63,298 nt of DNA, filler included, from Octopus bimaculoides (GCF_001194135.2; 4 parts of 4 records of this genome joined end to end with filler, not necessarily neighbours in it); one strand, 5' to 3'. Shown: positions 36,201-50,931, counted from the first letter of the whole stretch. Made by a program: numbers and translations. The notes: a model not told the origin generated them from the sequence alone.

Positions 36201-38870
36201 TATAGAAACCTTTCGTACATATATAGATTCAGAAATGTATTAGCAAAATAATGCTTGCGGACTTAACAAGCAACAATAAAATACACATACGCGGTAAAAC
36301 TATTTCTGTGTTTCCTGATAAGATTTGAACCATAAAATGTTTGTTTATCTCAACGTACAAATCTCAGATTACTACCGTAACCCTCTCAACGTCTCGGTGG
36401 ACCTACACAAGCCTCCGAAGCTGTTTCCTTGCTCTGTTCATGCCGAGAGTGGTGTTTACGCTCACCACTGAATCGGGTTATTTACATCGATACCATTGTG
36501 GCTGTGTGTGGGTCTAAATGTGTGATTGTCTGTGTTGGTATTGATAAATTTGTGACAGTAGGTCAGTTTGTATGTATAAATAGGAATGTAAACTATATGT
36601 ATACAAACATACATATGCATGTGTGAGAATATATATATATGTATGTGAGTGTATGTGTGTGTGTATATATGTACATAAAAAATCTACATATAGGTATGTA
36701 GATATGCATATGCTTGTATGCGTGAGCGCGCGTGTGCATGTGGCGTGTAGTGTCTCCCTTTTTGTTTTTTNNNNNNNNNNNNNNNNNNNNNNNNNNNNNN
36801 NNNNNNNNNNNNNNNNNNNNNNNNNNNNNNNNNNNNNNNNNNNNNNNNNNNNNNNNNNNNNNNNNNNNNNATATATATATACATATATATATATGTATAT
36901 ATCTATATATGTATATATATGCTGCTTTACATATATGTACATCGACTCACTCACACATCCATATCCATCTATCTGTCTGTCTGTCTGTCTGTCCGTCCGT
37001 CCGTCCGTGTGCCTGTCTCTCCTTCTGTCTGTCTCTCCTTCTGATTCAAGATATGAGCCTTTAACAAATGTGTACATCGCGCCAGCACAGTCACCGAGCA
37101 CTCATCGAAAAATGTAAAATATGTACATAGATATATATACACACATATGTATGTGTGTGTGTGTGTTTGTGTGTGTGTTCATACATATATTATACACACA
37201 CACGATTATGTATACTTAGAAAGAGAGAGAGAGAGAGGGGGGTGGAGATGACTAATGGAGGCATTATTATGTTGGATAGACCCGGACTCCAACGGTTATA
37301 ATTAAAATCCTGTTAGAGGAACCGGTGTCAAAGACAGGTTGCAAATTGTTTACAACATATAACAATATCCTATTGTCGTCTCTTGCTACAAGTGTTTAAT
37401 TACGTCGCTTCCACAACAACAACAACACGCTTATCAGCAACATATTCCTAATTATCATTGTCTTCTTCTACTTCTTCTTCTTCTTCTTCTTCTTCTTCCT
37501 CCTCCTTTCCCGTTTCAATATCTTTGAATGCTTAGCTGCATTTCGCCCGTCGCTACGTTCTGAGTTCAAATTTCACCGTGGTCGACTTTGTCCTTCATGT
37601 TTTCAGGGCCGATAAATTAAGTACCACTTGTTAACTGGGGATCGATGTAATCGACTAGTCCCCTCCACTCAAATTTCAGGCCCTGTGCCTATAGTAGAAA
37701 GGATTATTATTATTATTATTATTATTATTATCATCNNNNNNNNNNNNNNNNNNNNNNNNNNNNNNNNNNNNNNNNNNNNNNNNNNNNNNNNNNNNNNNNN
37801 NNNNNNNNNNNNNNNNNNNNNNNNNNNNNNNNNNNNNNNNNNNNNNNNNNNNNNNNNNNNNNNNNNNNNNNNNNNNNNNNNNNNNNNNNNNNNNNNNNNN
37901 NNNNNNNNNNNNNNNNNNNNNNNNNNNNNNNNNNNNNNNNNNNNNNNNNNNNNNNNNNNNNNNNNNNNNNNNNNNNNNNNNNNNNNNNNNNNNNNNNNNN
38001 NNNNNNNNNNNNNNNNNNNNNNNNNNNNNNNNNNNNNNNNNNNNNNNNNNNNNNNNNNNNNNNNNNNNNNNNNNNNNNNNNNNNNNNNNNNNNNNNNNNN
38101 NNNNNNNNNNNATATATATATACGTGTGTATGTGTATGTGTATTGCATCTATATACACATACACACACATATATACATGTATGTGTGTGTATATATATAT
38201 GTACACACAAACACACACACACATATATATATATATATATGTTGCCGAAATTGGAAGATCAGTGCAGGTTCCACAACTGGGTATTGTGTTTCCCGTGTCA
38301 AATTCATAATTTTAAATTCATCTAACGAAAACGTCTTCTTTTTTTGTCCCCCTGATGTAATTGAATTGTAATCAATAATAAACGCGTCCTAAACAGCTTT
38401 AGGGAACCTTTAACCCGTTTCTGTTCTTATTTCATGTGAACACCATGCCTAGAATTTGCTCTATGTTGCGTCTGAAACTTACAGTGCATTGTAAAAGTGC
38501 ATACTAGTGTACACGGGTATATAGTTTTCGTATGCAAGCCGGCGGGGCTGGCACTGAGCACTCTAATTTTTCCATATATGTGTGTTTCGTGATGTGCTCG
38601 TGTATACATATGTGTAAGAGTATGGATGTGTTCATATACGCACGGGTATATATTTGGATGTGTTTGTATCACATCCAAATATATACACACATATATGTGT
38701 GTATATATTTTATATGTTTATATATACATAAACATACATGGGGACATATATGTACATATTTTTTAATATATAATTATATATGCATGTTCATATAAGTGTG
38801 TATACATATATATATATATATATACATACACACATACATACACACACATATATATATATACATATATATG

Positions 38871-38904
<34 letters not shown>

Positions 38905-39112
38905 TATACATATATGTCCATATGCCTGTGGTGGACGGTGGGCTGGTCGGTGTGTGCATGTATGTGTGTTTGTGTAAAGCTATGTGTATAGTGTATGTGT
39001 ATATAAACGTGCCCAAACGGACATGCAGAAACACACAGAGTGTATATACTCTCACCCCTCCCGATGGCAGAAAGAATAACGTCTTGTTGGACTCGAAACG
39101 AANNNNNNNNNN

Positions 39113-39143
<31 letters not shown>

Positions 39144-40694
39144 TCACGTTGTCTGTGTTCGTTCCCTCAACGCTGCTTGACAACCAGGGCTGGTGTGTTT
39201 ACGTCCCTGTAACTTAGCGATTCGACAAAAGGGTCTGATAAAATAAGTATCAGGCTTATAAAAAATTAAGTAATGTGGTCGATACATTAAACTAAAAATT
39301 CTTCAATGCGATGCCCCAGCATGGCCGCAGTCTAATGTCTGAAACAATTAAAAGAAGAAAAAGATAAACGATTTATACATATATATGAGTGTGTGTGTGT
39401 GGGTGTGTATGTAAGATATATGTATATATGTATATATATATGTATATATGTATATATGTATACGTATATGAGTGTGTGTGTGTGTGTGGTTTTCTACTCA
39501 AGGTTGCTCCCTCACTGCTTAACAACCGGGATTGATTTCTTTACGCACCACCCCCATAACTTAGCGGTTTGACAAAGGTGATTAATAGGATAAGCGCCAT
39601 ACTTATTTTCTTCTTTTAAGAAGAAAATAGTTATTGCGGTTGATTTGTTCACCCAAATACTTCAAAGTGCTGCTTCGGTATGGCCACAATTCAACGATGG
39701 AAAAACAAAAAGTAGAAATACGAAAGTCCTTATATGAGTTTTAGGTTGTGATTGAAAGGCCCCCAGCGTCGATTCCTTCTCACGAGACGTCTGTGAGGAG
39801 ATTACGTTAAATGTCTAAATATGTTGTCTATAANNNNNNNNNNNNNNNNNNNNNNNNNNNNNNNNNNNNNNNNNNNNNNNNNNNNNNNNNNNNNNNNNNN
39901 NNNNNNNNNNNNNNNNNNNNNNNNNNNNNNNNNNNNNNNNNNNNNNNNNNNNNNNNNNNNNNNNNNNNNNNNNNNNNNNNNNNNNNNNNNNNNNNNNNNN
40001 NNNNNNNNNNNNNNNNNNNNNNNNNNNNNNNNNNAACGCCCACCCCCACCCAATGCCAAAATATTCTATACTCGACAGAGAATGATTCATCTTAATTGTA
40101 AATACATCTTCAGAATGTACAGCCATTTATATTCGTATCGAAAACAGACTGAAACTTTAATTCGAAATGTTCTAACTCTGCCATGCAACATGTTACATCG
40201 ATTCCTTCTGATGATTACATTAAACGAACAAAGCGTCACTGAAATACTTAACCACTTGCTATAGTCGCTGGAGAATTTCATTAACAGTTAACATATGTCA
40301 GTGGAATATTCAAAGAATTACTGTCGTCTGCTGCCGGAAGATTCCATTAAAGCTATCGATGTCTTTGATACACTTGGCCACTGACGCCATAATTCAATAA
40401 GTCTACGCTTTCCAGTTGACCGAACAAATGGTTTACGCAATCACTCGTCGACATCAACGGAGGATCGTTATTTTCCTTTTCGTATTCATGGTATTTAGTC
40501 TTTCACTTCTACTTTTACTTTTTAATAATTCAACTGTGGCCACGCTGGGGCATCGCGTAAAAGAGGTTTAAAGGAGTAACATTCCATTCAGTGCTTCTCT
40601 TTGTAAAGGTAGGTACTTATTCTTTCGGTGCCATTTATATAAACGCTATGTCACGTGGACGGACAACACCGGATGTATATATATATATATATAT

Positions 40695-41400
40695 ACTCTC
40701 TTTACTTGTTTCAGTCATTTGACTGTGGCCATGCTGGAGCACCGCCTTTAGTCGAGCAAATCGACCCCAGGACTTATTCTTTGTAAGCCTAGTACTTATC
40801 CTATCGGTCTCTTTTGACGAACCGCTAAGTTACGGGGACGTAAACGCACCATTATCGGTTGTCAAGCGATGTTGGGTGGGGGACAAACACAGACGCTCAA
40901 ACATACACACACACCTGGAGTTGATGTGATCGACTTAATCCGTTTGTCTGTCCTAGTTTGTCCCCTCTGTGTCTAGCCCCTTGTAGGGAGTAAAGAAATA
41001 GCACATATGCACATACACACATACATGTCTATTATATATATATATATATATATATAGATATATTGATATTTATTTACGTATACACACACGCACACAAACA
41101 CACAAACAAACACACAAACACGCACGCGCACAGACACAAACACACACACACAAACAGACATACACAAACACACATGTTTATTATATATATAGATATATAG
41201 ATATTTATATACATACACACACCCACGCACACACACACACACGCACACACACACACACGCACATAAACACATATATGGAACGGGCTTCTTTCAGTTTCCG
41301 TCTGCCAAATCCACTCAAAAGGCTTTGGTCGGTCCGAGGCTATAGCAGAAGGCACTTGCCCAAGGTGCCGCGCAGTGGGACTGAAGCCGCAAGACTTCTT
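40695..41400 (-). mobile_element. SINE family B with expanded internal microsatellite and an inserted family-A tail fragment
   Basis: 3' body 40695-40915, family-A tail 40915-40995, (CA)/(TA) tract, head 41270-41400. Confidence 0.7.
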
Positions 41401-41444
41401 AAACTCATCACCACGTACAGTAACGTGTGTATGTGTTCCTCTGT

Positions 41445-41482
<38 letters not shown>

Positions 41483-41490
41483 TCCTCTGT

Positions 41491-41522
<32 letters not shown>

Positions 41523-43053
41523 GGTATGTGTTCATATGTGTATATATGGAAATACACTCACACACTGACACACAAACATACAATACTCACTCATTTGTGA
41601 GGTGAAACGTACAAACACACAAAAGACTTCTATATTCATTGATCTAATTTTTTAGAGAAAGAGAGAGAGAGAGAGAAAGAGAGAGATGGGGAGAGGTGAA
41701 AGAGAGACACGGGACAAAGATGAAGAGAGAGAGAGAGAAGGGTGGGGGTCATAAGTGATGCGATAAAAAGCTTAAAGAATCCTTCTCAGATACCGAGTTT
41801 TCGAAACAAGTGTTGCATTGTGGGAAGTGGGTCAACCATGTGATTTCATTACTCATCACTTAAACATGCTTGTTGTTGTTGTTGTTGTTGTTTAATCCAA
41901 AGTTAACCATAACCGAACGTACTAATGAATAAAGGCATTCCAGGCATGGCCATCCACCCAGTATTTTCACACATTATTTTAGCCAAGGCTGTCTTTTTAT
42001 CGTTTATCTTTTATTCGCTTCATTCATTAGTCTTCGGCCACGCTGGGGCACTGCCACGAAGCGTTTTCTTTAAATCGAACCACGTAGCCATGTATTTGTT
42101 AAGAGCGGTACTTATTCTGTCGATCTCCCTTACTGAACCGCTAGTTAACGGGACATTAACAAACCAACATCGGCTGTAATAAGGGGAAAAACACAGGCAC
42201 AATTTCATAAATATACGCGCACACACACACACACAAACGCACATACACGCACACATATACACACACACATAACTATAAATTCCAAAATGTACTCTGACAC
42301 ATACAAAGAGTCTCACATAACAATATGTCGTCGCAAAATACCTTCGTCCTATCTTCTAAGGCATGAAGCTACAGTTTGTTCTCCATTTCCACATCATATT
42401 CAAAAGAGGGACGAAATAATGCAACGGATATAATTCGTTTTATATTCTTCCTTACATTTTGTCCGCTCTGGGTTTCTTTCCTCCGTCCATTTCTGGTGAA
42501 GGGCTTACATCCGAAACGTGAGACCAATTATATATTTCTTCAAAGAATAATTCAATATTGATCATTTTCATCATTCATATATATNNNNNNNNNNNNNNNN
42601 NNNNNNNNNNNNNNNNNNNNNNNNNNNNNNNNNNNNNNNNNNNNNNNNNNNNNNNNNNNNNNNNNNNNNNNNNNNNNNNNNNNNNNNNNNNNNNNNNNNN
42701 NNNNNNNNNNNNNNNNNNNNNNNNNNNNNNNNNNNNNNNNNNNNNNNNNNNNNNNNNNNNNNNNNNNNNNNNNNNNNNNNNNNNNNNNNNNNNNNNNNNN
42801 NNNNNNNNNNNNNNNNNNNNNNNNNNNNNNNNNNNNNNNNNNNNNNNNNNNNNNNNNNNNNNNNNNNNNNNNNNNNNNNNNNNNNNNNNNNNNNNNNNNN
42901 NNNNNNNNNNNNNNNNNNNNNNNNNNNNNNNNNNNNNNNNNNNNNNNNNNNNNNNNNNNNNNNNNNNNNNNNNNNNNNNNNNNNNNNNNNNNNNNNNNNN
43001 NNNNNNNNNNNNNNNNNNNNNNNNNNNNNNNNNNNNNNNNNNNNNNNNNNNNN

Positions 43054-43114
<61 letters not shown>

Positions 43115-44162
43115 TACATACACACACACACAAACACACATACATGCACACACACATATATATATATATACTCTGACACATACAAAGGGTCACACATAGA
43201 AGTATGCCATCCCCCCCACATATATATGTATGTATGTATGAATGTGTGTAGTTATTGTATTTTATGGGCATATGTTATGGTATGTGTATAAATATTTATA
43301 TATATATATATATATACATGTGTGTGTGTGTGTGTGTGTGCGTGGGTTATACAAGACGTGTAATGGTAATGATGTTAGTTTTCTATATGTGTGCATGTGT
43401 GTATGTGCGCATATGTTTCCGTGTGTATGTCTGCGTATACGTATAACATAGAAATCGTAACAAACAATGTGATATCATTTCAGAGACATCCACTACAACG
43501 ACGAATATGCCATGGAGGTCTTTTTAGCCACATTTCAGGGTTATGTATGTCCTTTGACCTTTGAACTTTGCTATTTCACACTCGACACCTGACACCCACC
43601 GAAATGTCATTCACGCAAGATCAGAAATAGAAGAGATGAAAGAATCGTCGAGTTATCAGAAACGACCGACCCCACCGCCTTCCACCAACGGCGTGAAAAA
43701 CAAGGAAAAGAAAAAACATGAGGAACACAAGACAATAAAAACTAGCTTTCGGAACACATTTGCAGTGTGTTTATGTATGTGTGAGTCTCTCTCTCTCTCT
43801 CTCTCTCTCTCTCNNNNNNNNNNCTCTCTCTCTCTGTCACTCTCTGTGTGTCTCTCTCTGCCCGTCTCAAAGACACATCTATTACAGTTAAACCATCACT
43901 TCAAACAGTGTGTAACAATACTGTTATCGATCGTTTTTAAATGGGAACACACATACACATATGTACGCGTGTACATACACATACACACATACAAATACAC
44001 ACGTACGAATACACACGTACATACCCATACACATACGAATAAAACACGTACACAGATACACACATGCGTAGACACGCACATACACGAACAGACACTCATG
44101 CAGACAGTCTCACGCACATGCCTAACCCGATACATACATAGATACACACAAAAACGCATACA

Positions 44163-44202
<40 letters not shown>

Positions 44203-47200
44203 NNNNNNNNNNNNNNNNNNNNNNNNNNNNNNNNNNNNNNNNNNNNNNNNNNNNNNNNNNNNNNNNNNNNNNNNNNNNNNNNNNNNNNNNNNNNNNNNNN
44301 NNNNNNNNNNNNNNNNNNNNNNNNNNNNNNNNNNNNNNNNNNNNNNNNNNNNNNNNNNNNNNNNNNNNNNNNNNNNNNNNNNNNNNNNNNNNNNNNNNNN
44401 NNNNNNNNNNNNNNNNNNNNNNNNNNNNNNNNNNNNNNNNNNNNNNNNNNNNNNNNNNNNNNNNNNNNNNNNNNNNNNNNNNNNNNNNNNNNNNNNNNNN
44501 NNNNNNNNNNNNNNNNNNNNNNNNNNNNNNNNNNNNNNNNNNNNNNNNNNNNNNNNNNNNNNNNNNNNNNNNNNNNNNNNNNNNNNNNNNNNNNNNNNNN
44601 NNNNNNNNNNNNNNNNNNNNNNNNNNNNNNNNNNNNNNNNNNNNNNNNNNNNNNNNNNNNNNNNNNNNNNNNNNNNNNNNNNNNNNNNNNNNNNNNNNNN
44701 NNNNNNNNATATATATATATATATATATATATATACGCTTGCGGTTACTATGGTGAGATATTGTACACAATTCATGTAATGATTGTTTTGCAAATTGAAA
44801 CAGTCTGGTGATTCTGTCCGCCTCTACTCCGAGTTTCTGTAAACATGTGATCGCTCATGTGACAGCGACTGTATATATAAACGTGCGTATGATTGTCTGT
44901 GTGTACGCGCAGGCTTGTGTGTGTACATTAATTTCCAGTGACTAAAATGTCTAATCGATTAAACAATTACTTAAGCGCTTCTCAAATATATACACCCAGT
45001 CACACACCCACGCACGTACTGTCAAAAGCAAAGACGGAACTTATCGGCCTAATAACTCCTCTGCGCATGTGCAAACTAACTTAACTTCGGCCATATTGTT
45101 TTGCCAATTTCCAACGAGTTTCTGTTGCTATTCCGACTAAACTTCCTTCTGTGAGACATTGTCGATTGCAGGGATGATGACGTCAAATACTGGCTGGGCA
45201 ATCGACGTGAAGGCCAGTTGTGGAGTATTGCTTAAAACTTATTAAAGACTCGAGAACCTAACCGAGGATTTGTTGGCTGTTAAATTAGAATAACGGAAAA
45301 ATTTCGATGGCCCTTTTTTTACAATAGCTTTCACATATTTTACGCCATCGTAACGTGACCAGTTAATCAACATCATCATCATCTTCGTCGTCGTCGACGT
45401 ACATATATATGCATATATATATATATATGCATATATATATTTACACACGCGCGAGCACACACACTCACGCACAAGCACACACATACGCATGCAGGTGATA
45501 TAAACATCCTGTTTATATTGTATCATATTACGTCCCGAAGATCATAGTTTAAATACAAGACATGGCTGACCCCTGAAGAAATGAATAACCCCCAATGATG
45601 TGCCAGGGCTAGGGATCCGGGTCCATCAAGTACATACCTTGTGACAGGTGGGTGAAATTAGGTCGATGGGCGTGGGGGCGTTAAGGCATTAACACACACA
45701 CACATATATATATATATACCCACCATCGCAGTTTACATCCCTGCAACCTAGCGGTTCGACTAAAGACCGATAGAATAAATGCTACGTTTACAAAGAATAA
45801 GTCCTGGGGTCGATTTGTTCGACAAAAGCCGGTACTCCAGCATGGCCACAGTCGAATGACTGAAACAAATAAAATAAAAGAATAAAAGACTACACATATG
45901 TGTGTATGTGTGTATGTTTGTTGCAAAACTACTACCAATATACGACAGAAGCCATTGAATATATACAAGCCAATCTCATTTTCGACATATTTCCTCTTTA
46001 TGTATTTCGTTTGAAATATTTTTCTTTGTTTCTCCATAATAATGGTTCTGCCTGCATGTCTGTCTTCGTTTCTCTCTATCTCTGTCTGTCTGTTTGTCTC
46101 TCTGTTTCTCTTTCGTCTGTGTCTTACTCTTTCGTCTGTGTCTTACTCTTTCGTCTGTGTGTCTCTACAAAATCTCCTGTTAAACAAATCGCCAATCAAA
46201 TACTGTACAAGGAACTCTTCTCTATTCTTCGAATCTTCGTCTATAGATCTTTCAGCAACTTCCTCATCATCACCATCATCATCATCTTGATCATCGTCAT
46301 CATCTTAATCATCATCATTATCATCATTTAGGCGAGTGGGTTGGCAGAATCGTCAGCGAGCCTGGTGAAATCTTTTATGGTATTTCGTCTGTGTTTACGT
46401 TCTGAGTTCAAATTCCCTCCGGGGTCAATATTGCCTGTCATCCTTTCGGGGTTCGATAAATCAAATACCAGTCAAGTAGGGGTGTCGCTGTGAACGACTT
46501 TCCCCTTCCCGTCTAAATTTCAGGCTTTGTGCCTATTGTAGAAAGAACGGGCCATCATCATCATCATCGTCATCATCATCGTCACTACTACCGCTTCATC
46601 CTCATCAACTTCATCAATATTACCACCACCACCACCACCATCATCTTCACTCTCATAACCAACACCACCGTCACTACAATGATCGCCATCATCACTACCA
46701 ACACCACTTCTAGCAGCAGCAGCAGCACCACCACCAGCACCATCACAACCATTACTACTACTACTACTACTACCACCACCACCACAACCACCATCACCCG
46801 CTCATCACCATCGCTCCTCATCACTATTACTCCATCATTATCGTCGTCCTCGTGCTCCTCCTCCTCCTCNNNNNNNNNNNNNNNNNNNNNNNNNNNNNNN
46901 NNNNNNNNNNNNNNNNNNNNNNNNNNNNNNNNNNNNNNNNNNNNNNNNNNNNNNNNNNNNNNNNNNNNNNNNNNNNNNNNNNNNNNNNNNNNNNNNNNNN
47001 NNNNNNNNNNNNNNNNNNNNNNNNNNNNNNNNNNNNNNNNNNNNNNNNACTAAATAACCCTTTTATATCTTAACGACCATTTATAATGAAATTCTGTTTT
47101 TACTGCACTACTTTCATACTGGAAGCCATGTTATAGAATGTATTCCAGTTGTAAACACATCGTCCTTCTTGATGGGCATGTAAGGACTCGTGGTCGTCGT

Positions 47201-48197
47201 TGTCTCGTCGCATACTCTTGCAGCACTTTGAATTCGCAACAATAAAAGCCTTCCCGATTAATCGCGAGTTCTTCCATCGAATGAAGTCAAAGCGTTTCTT
47301 CGTTCTAACCTTCTCATGGTGTTTTCTTGGCAAAGATACGTCTGTGGTCTGCCGCTGCCTTCCCCAGACTCTATTGCCATTGACCCACAAGGGACTCTTC
47401 CGGTCGTCAACAGGTCTTGCATTTTGTCTTTGAGATGTTCGGACATCCTCTTCACACGAATAGCAAGCTACACAAATGGGCAAGCCAGTTAGGTCGCCGA
47501 CCACTCGATCGCGAAACAGGCAGTATTGGTTCACATGGTACCGGTAGCTGGTCTCATCAGTCTGTGATAAGATCCGTGATCTGTCTATTATGTAAAGACT
47601 ACTCAAACGAATATCTCTTACATATTTACGACAATATCGTGTTATTCGTGGAAGATTTGTCAGCTATTTTTAGCATAACGTGTACTCATGCGAAGGTTCC
47701 TTTTATTGGCTTTGCTGACGCCTTTGTTGAGCAAAGTCAACTTCTTCTTCTGTGAAGTGCTTATCAACATCTTTAAAGTTCCATTTGAAAAAGAAAGTAA
47801 GGATGCAGAAGGAATTCCCATCTCCCATTGGAATCGTGAAAAGATGAGTGATTATGGCAAAAGATGGTTAGATTGAGTGGCCCTACTCTACGCATGCCTC
47901 TGTAGCTGAGAGAATGACGGTTGGGCGAGGCCTCGTACATTTGGGGGTGAGGGTAATCCTGGATTTATAGAGTTCCTTCATTGGTTCTAGTTGGAATTTG
48001 CCCCGAGTCAGAAGTACAGCTTGATTCATGTTACGACATAGTTTGTTGTATTTTGTGTCGTTTTATCACATCGCACCGTCGTTTCCATTTCTATCTTCTC
48101 ATCTTTTTATGTAAACCTCACCACAAATTATTGACTCACCTTGTGATGTACCCCTCATCGATGAGCCTCTGACTAAGAAAAGAAATAATAATCGTTA

Positions 48198-48229
<32 letters not shown>

Positions 48230-48231
48230 GT

Positions 48232-48407
48232 TTCTACTCTAGGCACAAGGCCTGAAATTTTTAGGGTGGGGACAGTCGATTAGATCGACCCCAGTACGCA
48301 ACTGATACTTAATTTATCGACCCCGAAAGGATGAAAGGCAAAGTAGGCCTCGGCGGAATTTGAACTCAGAACGTAAAGACAGACGAAACACCGCTAAACA
48401 TTTCGCC

Positions 48408-48446
<39 letters not shown>

Positions 48447-48665
48447 AGCGGTGAACAGGCAGAATCGTTAGAACGCCGGGAAAAACGCTTAGCGGTATTT
48501 CGCCCGTCGCTACGTTCTGAGTTCAAATTCCGCGGTGGTCGACTTTGATTTTCCTCATTTTGAGGGTCAATAAATTAAGTACCAGTTACGTACTGGGGTC
48601 GATATAATCGACTTAATGCCTTGTTTGTCCCCTCTATGTTTAGCCCCTGTGGGCAATAAAAAAAT
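48232..48665. mobile_element. Head-to-head inverted pair of SINE family A separated by (ATT)n
   Basis: Minus copy ~48232-48406 and plus copy ~48447-48665 share GTTCTGAGTTCAAATTCCG and ATAAATTAAGTA segments in opposite orientation. Confidence 0.85.
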
Positions 48666-49772
48666 TAAATAAAACATTTCGTTTCACGTTGCTCTAGGCA
48701 ACTCAGCAATAAATGAATAACCCTGGGGGTATGTGGTGATCTCAGCCACGTATGTATTTCCAGCCAATTGCACGCCGTGTCCAGGGATTGTTGTTGTTGT
48801 TATGACTATGATGATAATTATAATCATGATGATCGTTGCTTGGAATGCAGGATATCTCTTAAATCTAATGTGCACAACGAACATGTCTTGCGGTTTTCGT
48901 TCCCCTTCAGCCGTTCTGATTTCGAATCCTGATGGGGCCAATCCTGTCCCCTACCCGTCTAAGGTCGATAAGATAAAGTACTCGTTTAAGACAGTGAAGC
49001 GTCCGAATAGTCAGTGTTTTGGACAAGATTCCTTGCAATATTTGATCTCGGTCACTTTGAGCACTCAGTCACCCATAATGCTATGTCCAGGTGTTGTTAA
49101 TGTTGTTGCTGTTGTTGATTCCTTGTGCTATTTATTCCAGTTTCTTTACATTCTCGTTCTTCGGTGGTCGTTTTAAACTTCAATCGATTTAACATCAACA
49201 TCTAGTATCTAAGAGTCGCAATCACTGAGTCCCAGTCGCACAACTCTGGGGATAAATTCACTCACCACGATTTTACTACTTCGCAGCAGGGACGAAACCC
49301 TAAATCACATGTTTACAAATAGAGGTTCATAACCACACAGCCGTACCTACGAAATCAAGCAAGCACGCATAGGTTCCCATCATGACAAATCTTACCGGAA
49401 GTATATAGGTACTGAAAAGTAAAAAAATGTTCGCCTCAGGAGTATTATATTACAAAAGACATTATCTATTTATGATTATGAAATCCTTTCCTTTCTTTAT
49501 ATTCTTTCATTTCTGTTTCGTTCCATTTCCTTCCTAGCGCATTGTTCTTCAGAATTTCTTCAATGTCTTGGGAATTTCAGTAATAATATTCTTTTGTCAC
49601 TTCTTTCGATCTTCCGTTAACGATTTTCGTTTTTCTTCTCAACAATAAATACCCTATTGACATCTTCTTTAGAAATTCGTTGTCTGTTGAGGAAACTCTA
49701 CTATACATGCAGTTATCAATCAACAGTTTCAGTCGCTATCGAGTGCTTTCTGCTTGTGTACAGATATGTGTA

Positions 49773-49852
<80 letters not shown>

Positions 49853-50058
49853 TGTGTAAGTGTGTGTGCATGTGTGTGAGCATGTGTACATACGTGTGCG
49901 CTTTTGTGTGTTTCTGTGTATTTGTTGAGTTTCCGCATGAGTGTGTATCTGAGTTTGATTTAGTGTTTGTGCATATACATGCGTGTATGTCTATGCACGT
50001 ACGCACTTATATAGCTGCACATCTATATCTTTATCTATATACAGCTCTTTCGTTCTCC

Positions 50059-50102
<44 letters not shown>

Positions 50103-50676
50103 NNNNNNNNNNNNNNNNNNNNNNNNNNNNNNNNNNNNNNNNNNNNNNNNNNNNNNNNNNNNNNNNNNNNNNNNNNNNNNNNNNNNNNNNNNNNNNNNNN
50201 NNNNNNNNNNNNNNNNNNNNNNNNNNNNNNNNNNNNNNNNNNNNNNNNNNNNNNNNNNNNNNNNNNNNNNNNNNNNNNNNNNNNNNNNNNNNNNNNNNNN
50301 NNNNNNNNNNNNNNNNNNNNNNNNNNNNNNNNNNNNNNNNNNNNNNNNNNNNNNNNNNNNNNNNNNNNNNNNNNNNNNNNNNNNNNNNNNNNNNNNNNNN
50401 NNNNNNNNNNNNNNNNNNNNNNNNNNNNNNNNNNNNNNNNNNNNNNNNNNNNNNNNNNNNNNNNNNNNNNNNNNNNNNNNNNNNNNNNNNNNNNNNNNNN
50501 NNNNNNNNNNNNNNNNNNNNNNNNNNNNNNNNNNNNNNNNNNNNNNNNNNNNNNNNNNNNNNNNNNNNNNNNNNNNNNNNNNNNNNNNNNNNNNNNNNNN
50601 NNNNNNNNNNNNNNNNNNNNNNNNNNNNNNNNNNNNNNNNNNNNNNNNNNNNNNNNNNNNNNNNNNNNNNTACATA

Positions 50677-50713
<37 letters not shown>

Positions 50714-50888
50714 GTACACAGACACACTTTTGTATGGATATGTCCATATGTGCACTATATAACAAGAGTATATGATGGTTAATATTTATATTCATATATC
50801 TATATGTATTGTTCTCTATATATAATGTGCGTATGTATATGAACAAAAACACATTTACATTCATATATATGTATATGTGTGTATTGTG

Positions 50889-50931
<43 letters not shown>

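Noticed and set aside
43561-43745. Protein-like frame EIEEMKESSSYQKRPTPPPSTNGVKNKEKKKHEE
   Set aside because: No ATG start or splice sites identified and it runs into microsatellite; composition explained by purine-rich DNA.
46529-46870. Poly-His/Thr/Ser ORF
   Set aside because: A mosaic of CAT/CAC/ACT/AGC trinucleotide repeats next to a SINE tail and a gap.
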